A DNA stretch of 64,000 nt from a virus (taxonomy: Duplodnaviria; Caudoviricetes), in IMG/VR virus record IMGVR_UViG_3300027255_000165; one strand, given 5' to 3'. The translations under genes were made by a program, and so were the position numbers. Below the pieces are notes generated by a model that made no database searches, was not told where the DNA came from, and saw only the letters and a program-made list of their open reading frames with translations. The number at the start of each line of letters is the position of its first letter. The first letter of the stretch is position 1. Positions 35,300 to 46,300 of the stretch are shown in pieces.

Positions 35300-37504
35300 T
35301 TATTTGAATCTTGTTACATGTGCATTATAGTTTTGAAGAACTTCACTAGTAGATAAACCTTTATTGTAAATTCTTACTATAGCAATATCTCCACCAAAAT
35401 AATACCCTGATGTATCACCGCCAAATGCTCCAATAGCAGCCCCTTTAGAAGTTGTAACAAGAGCTCCACTTTTAGATTTGCTACGTCTCTCAACTCCATC
35501 AACGTAAATTCGCTTTGTTGAACCATCCCAAGAACCCACAATGTGGTGCCACTGACCATTAACAATGCCAACTTCGGTTTTATTAGGAGCAAATGTATCA
35601 TATCCGCCATCACCTGCGTGGTAAGTTCTAAATACTATATCTGTACCATGGCTAAACAAACTATACTGGGTATTTACATCACCTTTTTCAAATATAAAAT
35701 CATCGCTGTTACCATCAAACCTTACCCATGATTCTATAGTTAATTGTGAAGTATGATTAAATGCTGCGTTATTTGGAATAATAATTTTATCATTCGAATT
35801 ATCAAATTCCCAAAAACCACCATTTGAACTATTCCATCCTGTGCCATTTACCAAAGTTCCTTCAAGAGAATCTGCTAATGAGTACATAGAAGTAGATCCG
35901 CTTTCATAACATATTAAATTACCTGCATCAGCTGCGAATGTTAAACCATTTGTTACAATAGGACCGCCATGCACGTTTTGAGAAACTTCTTCTTGAGAAA
36001 GAATTCTATTGTACAATTTTATTTCTGCTCTAGCTCCATCGTGACACCATCCGTACATTTCACCGAATGAAATGCCTCCACCATCATATAATATTTTACC
36101 AGCTGTTAATGAAATGTCCGTAGTTCCAATCAATTCACCATTGTAATAGACACCCATTGTATTATTATCTCTATTCCAGAAAAAGCTTCTACGATACCAT
36201 TTTCCAAGAGTTTGAAACTTAGAAGGCAGGGGCCATGAAGCGTCAATTGTGTAATTTGACAGTGAGCCATCTGCTAGACCCATTCTAATTGCGGTGTTAT
36301 ATACACCATGGTTCCAATCAAAGCCGATTGACCCAGATCCATAACCACCTGAAATAACAGCACCTGCTGCAGCTTCTGGATATGTGTTATCGTCGATTCT
36401 AACAAGTTCTTCAATTACCCAACCACCTGATGTTTTGGCCATAGCATCATTCAAAGAAGCTGAGTGAGAAACATTAAATTGCAATCTGTCTTTACCACCA
36501 TAATATGCTGGATCAAATTTTGAATCCCAATATCTTTTAGCTGCATTCCATTCTCCTTGACCTTTATAAGCATGGTTTCCATTTCCAGTTAAATCAATCC
36601 AAGTGTTATTCTCTGATCTAGAACCGTGCACAAACGGCGACATAATACTTCCTAATTCAACCATAGGTGCATAGTACCAAACAATATCTCTAGCTTCTCC
36701 TCCGATATAGTTACTCAAATACGCTCCAGTTTCGTTAGATTGAAGAGTTGCAGTACATGAAATTCTGATCCATTGATTAACGGGCCAGTTTGCAGCATTA
36801 GTGTCTCCATTCCAATTAAAATTACCTAAAGAATTGTTATTAACGTTGGTTCTAAAGTAAGGTTGGTTTGAACCAGCTCTTGACTGTCTAAACCAAACTG
36901 AAATAGTGTACGTTGTTGAAGGCAAGCCGCTAAAACCTGCACAACCCCAATGCTGACTACCGGTTGTCACACTCTGACCTCTCAAAATTGTCAATACGTT
37001 TGATGGTCCACCATGATTTGTAAATGGTTTTTCAATATCGGTTGCATTGTTATTAATCGTCCATTCACCGCTGTTAGTCCACGCAATATTAGAATTTGGA
37101 TCACCTGAAGAAAGAAGATTAGTGGTTGGAACTTGATAATAATAGCCTTCATTGTGTTTAGATTCAACGTTCATAATCAATCCATCGGTGACCACATTTG
37201 AGTAGTTACTATTAATGATTAGAACATCATTGTTTTTAGCCCATTCTAACCCTCGAGCTAAATCGTCAACTGCGATTGAAGCTCCCATTTTATTTAGGAT
37301 TTCAATTAATTCATCATCGTTTGATGCAATTCTAGCATCAATGTTACTAGAATAAAGTGCATAACCTCCTGTAGGAATTTGTAAACCGTTGAAGAATCCC
37401 GTTGAAGATGAAGGACCCATACCTTCTTTTGAGGCGATTGACCATCCTCCAACGTTTGATGCATTTGCATCAATGCCAACATTTTTTTTAATTCTATTTG
37501 CCAT
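35300..37504 (-). CDS. LamG/ConA-repeat virion protein with a carbohydrate-binding-like insert
   Basis: Two LamG modules (WHHIVGSWDG..KRIYVDG, GDIAIVRIYNKGLS); GATATATA 27 nt upstream. Confidence 0.78.
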   Translation of the reverse strand: MANRIKKNVGIDANASNVGGWSIASKEGMGPSSSTGFFNGLQIPTGGYALYSSNIDARIASNDDELIEILNKMGASIAVDDLARGLEWAKNNDVLIINSNYSNVVTDGLIMNVESKHNEGYYYQVPTTNLLSSGDPNSNIAWTNSGEWTINNNATDIEKPFTNHGGPSNVLTILRGQSVTTGSQHWGCAGFSGLPSTTYTISVWFRQSRAGSNQPYFRTNVNNNSLGNFNWNGDTNAANWPVNQWIRISCTATLQSNETGAYLSNYIGGEARDIVWYYAPMVELGSIMSPFVHGSRSENNTWIDLTGNGNHAYKGQGEWNAAKRYWDSKFDPAYYGGKDRLQFNVSHSASLNDAMAKTSGGWVIEELVRIDDNTYPEAAAGAVISGGYGSGSIGFDWNHGVYNTAIRMGLADGSLSNYTIDASWPLPSKFQTLGKWYRRSFFWNRDNNTMGVYYNGELIGTTDISLTAGKILYDGGGISFGEMYGWCHDGARAEIKLYNRILSQEEVSQNVHGGPIVTNGLTFAADAGNLICYESGSTSMYSLADSLEGTLVNGTGWNSSNGGFWEFDNSNDKIIIPNNAAFNHTSQLTIESWVRFDGNSDDFIFEKGDVNTQYSLFSHGTDIVFRTYHAGDGGYDTFAPNKTEVGIVNGQWHHIVGSWDGSTKRIYVDGVERRSKSKSGALVTTSKGAAIGAFGGDTSGYYFGGDIAIVRIYNKGLSTSEVLQNYNAHVTRFK

Positions 37505-37559
37505 TTAAGTGGTGAGATATTTTTATATCATATATATCACACGCCCAACCTTATAATAG

Positions 37560-37592
37560 TAAAAAAGCCCGCTTTTCAGCGGGCTTTTCTTT
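37560..37592. terminator. intrinsic terminator
   Basis: AAAAGCCCGCT-TTTC-AGCGGGCTTTT. Confidence 0.8.
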
Positions 37593-37607
37593 TAAAAAAG
37601 TTAAAGA

Positions 37608-38312
37608 TTAGAAAGTGATTTCAGTGCTGTAACCGAATGTTGCGAAATCATCAGCATAAAGCTGTTGAATTTTTGACATTCTAGTTTGACCTAATTCACC
37701 TTCAAAGTACGTTTTCCAATCTGGTCTGTCAGGAAGAGAGTTAGTAACAGGCAACTCGTTTGGTAAGCTAACGCCGGACTTAGCTGCAATTGCTGCGGCG
37801 ATAGTTGGCCACTGTTGATCAATTTCTTCAAGTTTGAAGTTATTCGTGATAGCAATAGCACCATTCAAACCTTCACTCTTAATGAAACCGACCTGTGGCC
37901 ACACTAGAATAGGAGCATCATCCCACCAGTATTGTAGCTGGCCGTCTAATGCTCTTTCTGATTTTTCAGCGATTGGATCACCGTTAGAGTCAAGGACTGA
38001 AATTGGTTCACCATTTGCTCTTGCATCACATGCAATAAGATAATCTAGAGTTTCATCGAAACTTTGAGGCCATCTCATTGCAACTTGCATGTATTCAAAC
38101 CCTGAGCAGAATCTGTCGTATGGATTTCTACTAATTGTGAATTTGTAGTAATCGCTAATATCTTCACCATTAAAGTTAGAAATAGACATTAGCATGTCGT
38201 ATGTTTCATGAGATGGAACAATAATATCCTGACCAGAAAGAGTTTTTTTAACTGAGACAGAAGCGTTCTTTGTGATCTCAATGAACATTGTTTTCAAATT
38301 GTGGTAAATCAT
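37608..38312 (-). CDS. sulfotransferase family 2 protein (second copy)
   Basis: FIEITKNASVS, SRNPYDRFCSG, WPQVGFI, LYADDFATFGY. Confidence 0.82.
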   Translation of the reverse strand: MIYHNLKTMFIEITKNASVSVKKTLSGQDIIVPSHETYDMLMSISNFNGEDISDYYKFTISRNPYDRFCSGFEYMQVAMRWPQSFDETLDYLIACDARANGEPISVLDSNGDPIAEKSERALDGQLQYWWDDAPILVWPQVGFIKSEGLNGAIAITNNFKLEEIDQQWPTIAAAIAAKSGVSLPNELPVTNSLPDRPDWKTYFEGELGQTRMSKIQQLYADDFATFGYSTEITF

Positions 38313-38315
38313 GGC

Positions 38316-40013
38316 TTATACTAATTTAATTGCTAATGTTTGGTCTTGGTCTCCAGATCTAGATAATGAACCCGACTTAGAACCATCCCAAGTGTATGTT
38401 GTTTGTGCTCCATCATTAGTCGTACCCATAACAATAGCATGTTGACCAGTACCCCATCCATATTCGTTATTTACCGATCCGCCGCCATTACGGGCTAAAA
38501 GACCTCTGTTGTTTGGAATATATGAAGCGATTTCAAACAAACCAAATGATGGGCCACCTCTATAGATTTTAACAACAGTTTGGTTTGAAGAATTAACATA
38601 AGATAGTGCAAAAAACACAGTAGGTCCGCCTTGACCATTATCATCTATAACGTGTAATCTAGTAACTCTACATCTCTGAAGTGCATTGATTCCAGTATAA
38701 ATGTATTGTCCGACTTCAGGCCAGTTACATCTGTTACCATCGCGCTCCCACTGATCCCAATTGACTGTAGCAAGTCTAACGATTATTCTATTTTGTGATA
38801 CGTTCATAAATGCATACGCCCAAATATCTCCAAAATCAGGGTGGTAAGCCATCCAATCGATGTGACCTCCAGTGTATTGCCCATAATCTGGTTTACACGG
38901 ATCATTGCCGCCCCAGATGAACTGAATAACATCAGTCTCTGGTGAAGAAGTAAAGGTTGCGTTGTCAGGATCAATTGTGACGTTGTTGATAGCAATATTT
39001 CTACCATATGTAGTACCGTTTGGTTCGTACGTGAAAATAGTAACTACCTTATTGGTATGAGGAGACCATGCAACTCCACCTTGACCACCAAAATTATGGT
39101 CATAAATCCAACCTTGATAGAACACGTCCAATGATTGTGCATTTTGAGTTGTAATTGAAGAACCGTTATGTTTAAATAAAACAAGTCTTGGTCCCCACCA
39201 CTGTCTTTGCCATAGGAACAGACCCGTTCTTAGTCCTGATGGACTAGTCCCAACATCAATAGCATCCAAAGGTTGACCCCATTGGTTTACGCCGTTAATA
39301 GCGTTTCTAGCCATCCAGGAGTTATTGTTAAGTTGGTTAGTTGAAATGTTATATGCTCCAATCGCGGCTGTTGGATTACCATTATCCTGAAGTCTATAGA
39401 TTGTACCAGTGTATTTAAGGTTCGAACTTGGTTCCATACCTCCAAGACCTAATGAAACTGAAGATTGATCTCCAATTGAATCTGTGACGTGATGCCACGT
39501 ATAAACTCTTTGGAATTCAGAGCCATCAGCAGAAAGCCTGTAGATGTTGGTACCAATCCTCCAGTGTTTAGAGTTACCTCCCCACATGTAATAAGATTCG
39601 TAATTAGGACCGTATCCGATGAAAGCGCCATTAAGATCTCCGTTAGTTCCAGCAATCATAGCACCTGAAGCACCTGAATTAGAAGTGTAATAAGGTGAAA
39701 GATCGGATCTCCACATTCCTGAAGAGTATGGAGTAGATTTAACGTAAACGAGATTGTTTCCTACCGTGTCGCCTGACCCAAATATTTGGCTAAAAGATAA
39801 ATTAGTAGCGTTATGGTAACCCGATACTCTAGCGTCGCCAGAGCCATTTGGCATGCCGTCTACACCCAAAAATCCATTCCTATTTACCATCCTAAGTGTT
39901 TCTCCGATGGAAATTCTAGAGCCGCGTTCTCCTAAATAATACCCATTACCTGTTGAAATATCAGCTCCTAGCTTACTAAGCTTTAAATTTGATAGAGACT
40001 GTTTAGATAGCAT
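38316..40013 (-). CDS. hypothetical virion protein
   Basis: 565-aa Gly/Asn/Trp-rich ORF in the fibre block. Confidence 0.6.
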   Translation of the reverse strand: MLSKQSLSNLKLSKLGADISTGNGYYLGERGSRISIGETLRMVNRNGFLGVDGMPNGSGDARVSGYHNATNLSFSQIFGSGDTVGNNLVYVKSTPYSSGMWRSDLSPYYTSNSGASGAMIAGTNGDLNGAFIGYGPNYESYYMWGGNSKHWRIGTNIYRLSADGSEFQRVYTWHHVTDSIGDQSSVSLGLGGMEPSSNLKYTGTIYRLQDNGNPTAAIGAYNISTNQLNNNSWMARNAINGVNQWGQPLDAIDVGTSPSGLRTGLFLWQRQWWGPRLVLFKHNGSSITTQNAQSLDVFYQGWIYDHNFGGQGGVAWSPHTNKVVTIFTYEPNGTTYGRNIAINNVTIDPDNATFTSSPETDVIQFIWGGNDPCKPDYGQYTGGHIDWMAYHPDFGDIWAYAFMNVSQNRIIVRLATVNWDQWERDGNRCNWPEVGQYIYTGINALQRCRVTRLHVIDDNGQGGPTVFFALSYVNSSNQTVVKIYRGGPSFGLFEIASYIPNNRGLLARNGGGSVNNEYGWGTGQHAIVMGTTNDGAQTTYTWDGSKSGSLSRSGDQDQTLAIKLV

Positions 40014-40046
40014 GTTATTGTATTAGTGTTTTTAAGAAAGAGATTA

Positions 40047-40067
40047 GGGGTTCCCATAAGGAACCCC
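40047..40067 (-). terminator. stem-loop, possible terminator
   Basis: GGGGTTCC-CATAA-GGAACCCC. Confidence 0.55.
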
Positions 40068-40082
40068 ATATTCTCAATCAAT

Positions 40083-43000
40083 TTATGCTTGTTTTAGCAA
40101 ATCAATCTCAGCTTTTAGCTCTTTGATTGCCTCAACTAGAACTGGAATTACACCATCATAATTCACTGACAAGAATGGTTCGTGAGTCACAGGATCGATA
40201 TTTGTTGATACCAATTCTGGGATTACTGCTTTAACTTCTTGTGCAATGAAACCGTATTGAGTGCCTTCTCTTCTTTCATCTTTCCATGTGAAGGTTGTAC
40301 CTCTTAGGGCTTCAATCTTAGCTAGACCAGATGATAGAGTTGCAATGTTCTCCTTTAGGTTTTGGTCAGATGCAGTTGATGAGTAAGCTACGATATCGCC
40401 TCCGACGTGCAGTTGACCTTTTAGAGCCATGTTACCATCAGTAGAGATAGAAGAAGCTACATAACCATCAGATGCAACGAAGGACCAACCTCTGTTGGAC
40501 TGTCTGTTCATTGTGAAAGTTAGAGCGTAGTCAGTAACCCAGCCGTAATCGGCAACGTCATTACCCATACCAATACCGTAAGAAGAATCAGTACCCCACA
40601 TTCTGTACTTAGTCCAGTTATTACCTGCGTCCGTGTAGTGATAAGATCCACCGTTTGGACCTGTAGCACCTGTAGCACCTGTAGCACCTTTAGCACCGCC
40701 AGCACCTTGAGCACCTTGAGCACCTTGAGCACCTTGAGCACCTGTAGCACCTTTAGCACCAGGAGCACCACCTGGACCGCCTGGACCCTGGTAACCTTGA
40801 GCACCTTGAGCACCAGTAGCACCTCCGCCACCAGTAGCACCTTGAGCACCTGTAGCACCATTTACACCTGAAGAACCAGATGTACCTGATGAACCTGAAG
40901 TACCTGCAGCACCTTGAGCACCTTGAGCACCTTGAGCACCTGTAGCACCTCCGCCACCTGTAGCACCTTTAGCACCATTTACACCTGAAGAACCAGATGT
41001 ACCTGATGAACCTGAAGTACCTGCAGCACCTTGAGCACCTTGAGCACCTTGAGCACCTTGAGCACCAGTAGCACCTGTAGCACCTCCGCCACCTGTAGCA
41101 CCTTTTTGACCAACAGGGCCTTGGTAACCTTGAGCACCTTGAGCACCTTGAGCACCTTGAGCACCTGTACCACCTTGAGCACCTGTACCGCCATTTACAC
41201 CTGAAGAACCAGATGTACCTGATGAACCTGAAGTACCTGCAGCACCTTGAGCACCAGTAGCACCTGTAGCACCTTTTTGACCAACAGCTCCTTGAGCACC
41301 TTGAGCACCATTTACACCTGAAGAACCAGATGTACCTGAAGTACCTGAAGTACCTGCAGCACCTTGAGCACCTTGAGCACCTTGAGCACCTGTATTACCC
41401 GTAGCACCTTTTTGACCAACAGCTCCTTGAGCACCTTGAGCACCATTTACACCTGAAGAACCAGATGTACCTGAAGTACCTGCAGCACCTTGAGCACCTT
41501 GAGCACCAGTAGCACCTGTAGCACCTTTTTGACCAACAGCTCCTTGAGCACCTGTAGCACCTTGAGCACCAGTAGCACCTGTAGCGCCATTTACACCTGA
41601 AGTACCTGATATACCGTCTACACCTGCTGCACCTTGAGCACCAGTAGCACCTGTATTACCAATTGGACCTTGGTAACCTTGAGCGCCTTGAGCGCCTTGA
41701 GCACCTGTAGCACCTGTAGCACCTTTTTGACCAACAGGACCTTGGTAACCTTGAGCACCTTGAGCACCTTGAGCACCTTGAGCACCTTGAGCACCTTGAG
41801 CACCTGTATTACCCGTATCACCTTTTTGACCAACAGCTCCTTGAGCACCAGTAGCACCTTGAGCACCATTTACACCTGAAGAACCAGATGTACCTGAAGT
41901 ACCTGCAGCACCTTGAGCACCTTGAGCACCTGTATTACCCGTATCACCTTTTTGACCAACAGCTCCTTGAGCACCTGTAGCACCTTGAGCACCATTTACA
42001 CCTGAAGAACCAGATGTACCTGAAGTACCTGCAGCACCTTGAGCGCCTTGAGCGCCTGTATTACCTGTTGAACCTTTTTGACCAACAGCTCCTTGAGCAC
42101 CTTGAGCACCATTTACACCTGAAGAACCAGATGTACCTGAAGAACCAGATGTACCTGCAGCACCTTGAGCACCAGTAGCACCTGTAGCACCTTTTTGACC
42201 AACAGCTCCTTGAGCACCTTGAGCACCATTTACACCTGAAGAACCAGATGTACCTGAAGTACCTGCAGCACCTTGAGCACCTTGAGCGCCTGTATTACCC
42301 GTAGCACCTTTTTGACCAACAGCTCCTTGAGCACCTTGAGCACCATTTACACCTGAAGAACCAGATGTACCTGAAGAACCAGATGTACCTGAAGTGCCAT
42401 TAGCACCTTGAGCACCTCTAGCACCTTGAGCACCTTGAGCACCTGTAGCACCAATTAGGCCAGAATTAGGACCAATCCATTGACCTGAAGAATTTAGGAT
42501 TGGTGTACCGTTGACCGTAACGTTGTTATCCGGTCTTAGGTGAATGTCCTGATCAGCGAAGATCTCCAAATCTTCTGGAGAATCTGTATTTGCTGCAATG
42601 AATGTTTCTGCCGCGTCACCTGCAAAAGCAATTTTTGCTGTACCCGGAAGAATGATATTACCATCAACTGTTAGCTGACCATTAACTTGAGTTTTACCAA
42701 GTTGTAGACCTGTGGTTGCATTAGAACCAGAGATCGATTTAGCCGAGTTAATAGTGATGTCTGAGTTAAATGTAACACCGCCAGTCGAATTAAAATTCAT
42801 ACCACCCTCTTGAGCAGAGAATTGTAGAATACCGTTGTTAAGAGTTTTAATAACAAGGTTTTGACCTGGATCGGTTGAAATGTTAATAGTGTCGGAGTTA
42901 TCCTCGATGACTTTCTTACCATTAACATATAGTGAGTTTGGACCAACAAAAAGTTCATCTACATTGATCTGTGATGTTTTGGTGGCTTCGTCGAATGTAA

Positions 43001-43334
43001 TTAGATTGTATTCATTTCCAAGAGCATCCGTAAATGCTACGTTTGGAGGAAGAAGGGTTTTATCTGCATCACGACCAAGCTGACCAGTAATATACTCGTG
43101 GAGGTGAGTCATCTCATTCTCAAGTGCCTTAACACCACGTGTAAGTTCATCAACGATTGGACCCATTGCAAAAAGCTTGGTGTAAGATTCATCAGCACCG
43201 TAAGCATTTGCAGTTTTACCTGCAGTTGTTCTTGTAGTGTCAATGAACTTAGCTTTTAGTAATTCTGCATCGGAATCCTTTAGAACGAATGTAGATCTAA
43301 ACGTTGCTAAGTCTTTAAGACTAATTCTAGACAT
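40083..43334 (-). CDS. collagen-like tail fibre with C-terminal peptidase S74 chaperone
   Basis: About 600 aa of G-X-Y (GAQ, GAT, GQK, GTS); SDQNLKENI...FTWKD...YGFIAQEV. Confidence 0.88.
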   Translation of the reverse strand: MSRISLKDLATFRSTFVLKDSDAELLKAKFIDTTRTTAGKTANAYGADESYTKLFAMGPIVDELTRGVKALENEMTHLHEYITGQLGRDADKTLLPPNVAFTDALGNEYNLITFDEATKTSQINVDELFVGPNSLYVNGKKVIEDNSDTINISTDPGQNLVIKTLNNGILQFSAQEGGMNFNSTGGVTFNSDITINSAKSISGSNATTGLQLGKTQVNGQLTVDGNIILPGTAKIAFAGDAAETFIAANTDSPEDLEIFADQDIHLRPDNNVTVNGTPILNSSGQWIGPNSGLIGATGAQGAQGARGAQGANGTSGTSGSSGTSGSSGVNGAQGAQGAVGQKGATGNTGAQGAQGAAGTSGTSGSSGVNGAQGAQGAVGQKGATGATGAQGAAGTSGSSGTSGSSGVNGAQGAQGAVGQKGSTGNTGAQGAQGAAGTSGTSGSSGVNGAQGATGAQGAVGQKGDTGNTGAQGAQGAAGTSGTSGSSGVNGAQGATGAQGAVGQKGDTGNTGAQGAQGAQGAQGAQGAQGYQGPVGQKGATGATGAQGAQGAQGYQGPIGNTGATGAQGAAGVDGISGTSGVNGATGATGAQGATGAQGAVGQKGATGATGAQGAQGAAGTSGTSGSSGVNGAQGAQGAVGQKGATGNTGAQGAQGAQGAAGTSGTSGTSGSSGVNGAQGAQGAVGQKGATGATGAQGAAGTSGSSGTSGSSGVNGGTGAQGGTGAQGAQGAQGAQGYQGPVGQKGATGGGGATGATGAQGAQGAQGAQGAAGTSGSSGTSGSSGVNGAKGATGGGGATGAQGAQGAQGAAGTSGSSGTSGSSGVNGATGAQGATGGGGATGAQGAQGYQGPGGPGGAPGAKGATGAQGAQGAQGAQGAGGAKGATGATGATGPNGGSYHYTDAGNNWTKYRMWGTDSSYGIGMGNDVADYGWVTDYALTFTMNRQSNRGWSFVASDGYVASSISTDGNMALKGQLHVGGDIVAYSSTASDQNLKENIATLSSGLAKIEALRGTTFTWKDERREGTQYGFIAQEVKAVIPELVSTNIDPVTHEPFLSVNYDGVIPVLVEAIKELKAEIDLLKQA

Positions 43335-43355
43335 TTTCTTATCTTGTTTTTTTAA

Positions 43356-43384
43356 GAAAAGGACCCGGTCCGAAGACCGGGTCC
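43356..43384 (-). terminator. intrinsic terminator
   Basis: GGACCCGGTC-TTCG-GACCGGGTCC followed by TTTT on the minus strand. Confidence 0.82.
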
Positions 43385-43397
43385 GCTTTCAGCTTAT

Positions 43398-46300
43398 TTA
43401 AAGTTTATTTATTCTATTTTCTAGATCCTTCACTCTAGAGTGTAGGTCCTTAACGATTTCGAATAAGTAAACCGTCATTTTGTCGTAATGCATCGAGATG
43501 AAGCCACCTTGACCGTCAGAAACTGCTAGTCTCTCGTCAAATGCAGCAACTTCTTCTGCAATGAAACCTAGGTCTTTCTTACCAGATTCTTTCCATGTGA
43601 ACTCTCTAGCATTCAGGCTTAGGAATTCCTCAGCGTCAAATGTTAGAGTTTCAACATCAGTCTTGAATCGTAGTGATGAACCTTGGAAACCAACTCCATT
43701 AGATACAAAATCCCACATCATTGGCATTGGAGCTTCCATATCTCCGTCGTTCACCATTGCGCTGTTAGAGAATTCGACCCAGGTCCCGTTCGGGTATGGA
43801 CCACCAGGTTGGCTGTAGAAACCAACATCACCGGCTTTCCATAGGAGCGTGTTACCGTCAAACGTTAGGTTAGTTTCACCGTTGATGGTTGTAGAACCAG
43901 TGGCTGTAAGAACTCTATTGTTGACGTTGTTTGTGATAGGAGCAGCTGCACCTTGAGCACCTTGAGCACCTGTAGCACCTTGAGCACCTGTAGCACCGCC
44001 AGCGCCTTGAGCACCTTGAGCACCTGTAGCACCAGTAGAACCTTTAGCACCACCAGCACCTTGAGCACCTTGTACACCTGAAGGAATAGTAAACTGGAAG
44101 TTAGCATTGGTAGCGTTACCAATGTTTAGAACTTCAACTGGAGTACCAGGTCCACCTGTTAGGGCTGGAGCAACATCGATTGTTGCTGCAGTACCTGTGT
44201 TACCTTGAGCGCCTTGAGCGCCTTGAGCACCTGTAGCGCCTTTTTGGCCTTGAGCACCTTGAGCACCTGTAGCACCTTGAGCACCTTGAGCACCGTTAAC
44301 ACCTGAAGAACCAGAAGTACCTGATGAACCAGAAGTACCATTGACACCTGCGGCACCTTGAGCACCTTGAGCACCTGTAGCGCCTTGAGCACCTTGAGCA
44401 CCTTGAGCACCAGTAGAGCCTTTAGCACCGTTAACACCTGAAGAACCAGATGTACCTGATGAACCAGAAGTACCTGATGAACCAGAAGTACCGGCAGCAC
44501 CTTGAGCACCTTGAGCACCTTGAGCACCTTGAGCACCTTGAGCACCAGTAGCGCCTTGAGCACCTGTAGCACCGCCAGCGCCTTGAGCACCTTGAGCACC
44601 GTTAACACCTGAAGAACCAGACGTGCCTGATGAACCAGATGAACCAGATGTACCTGAAGTACCAGCAGCGCCTTGAGCACCTTGAGCACCCGTAGCACCA
44701 GTCTGACCTTTTTGACCTTTTTGACCAACTGGAATTGTAAATTCAAAGTTGGCGTTTAAAGTATCACCTAGGTTTACAACTTGAGCAGGAGTACCTTCAG
44801 CCGATGTAACTGTTGGAGCAACGTTAACTTGGGCTGCAGTACCTACGTTACCTTGAGCACCTTGGGCACCTGTAGCACCTTGAGCACCTTGAGCACCAGT
44901 AGCACCTTTAGCACCGTTAACACCTGAAGAACCAGATGTACCTGATGAACCTGATGAACCTGATGCACCTTGAGCACCTTGAGCACCTTGAGCACCAGTA
45001 GAGCCTTTAGCACCGTTAACACCTGAAGAACCAGATGTACCTGATGAACCAGAAGTACCAGAAGTACCGTTTGTACCAGAAGTACCGTTTGTGCCTGATG
45101 AACCTGAAGTACCAGAAGTACCGTTTGTACCAGAAGTACCGTTTGTACCAGAAGTACCGTTTGTACCAGAAGTACCGCTTGTACCATTAGTACCAGAAGT
45201 ACCATTTGTACCTGATGAACCAGATGTACCAGAAGTACCGTTTGTACCAGAAGTACCGTTTGTACCATTTGTACCCGATGAGCCTGAAGTACCAGAAGTA
45301 CCTGCAGCTCCTTGAGCGCCTGTAGCACCTTTTTGACCTTTTTGACCAATTGGGATTGTGAATTCTAGGTTAGCGTTCAAAGGCGTTCCAATGTTTAGAA
45401 CTTCAACTGGAGTACCTTCTGCACCAGTAAGAGCTGGAGCAACATCGATTGTTGCTGCAGTACCGACTGCACCTTGAGCACCTTGAGCACCTTGAGCACC
45501 TTGAGCACCTTGAGCACCTTGAGCACCAGTAGCACCTTTAGCACCGTTAACACCTGAAGAACCAGATGTACCTGATGAACCTGATGAACCTGATGAACCT
45601 GATGAACCTGAAGTACCGTTTGTACCAGAAGTACCGTTTGTACCAGATGAACCTGAAGTACCTGAAGAACCCGATGAACCTGATGAACCAGAAGTACCAT
45701 TTGTACCAGAAGTACCATTTGTACCTGATGAACCAGATGAACCAGATGATCCTGAAGTACCATTTGTACCTGAAGTACCGTTAGTACCGTTAGTACCTGA
45801 AGAACCAGATGAACCAGATGAACCAGATGAGCCTGAAGTACCGTTAGTACCTGAAGAACCAGATGAACCAGAAGTACCGTTTAGATCAGCTACTAGGTTC
45901 CATGCGGCAGCTCCGTCCCATTGATAAACAAGACCGTCTGCTGTGAAACCTAGTTGACCAGGGAATGAACCTGTACCTAATTCTACAACTGAAGATGCTG
46001 ACTTAGCACCATCATGTCCAGAAGTACCCGATGTACCAGAAGTACCCGATGTACCAGATGAGCCTGAAGTACCTGAAGTACCGTTTGTACCTGATGAACC
46101 TGATGTTCCAGCAGTACCTGAAGTACCTGAAGTACCAGAAGAACCTGATGTACCGTTTGTACCTGATGTTCCAGAAGTACCTGAAGTACCTGATGTACCA
46201 GATGAACCAGATGAACCTGAAGTTCCAGATGTACCATTAGTACCTGATGTACCGTTAGTACCTGATGTACCAGAAGAACCTGATGTTCCAGCAGTACCTG

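Noticed and set aside
33550-37504. Diversity-generating retroelement acting on the lectin-like domains
   Set aside because: No reverse transcriptase and no TR/VR pair with adenine-specific mismatches was visible
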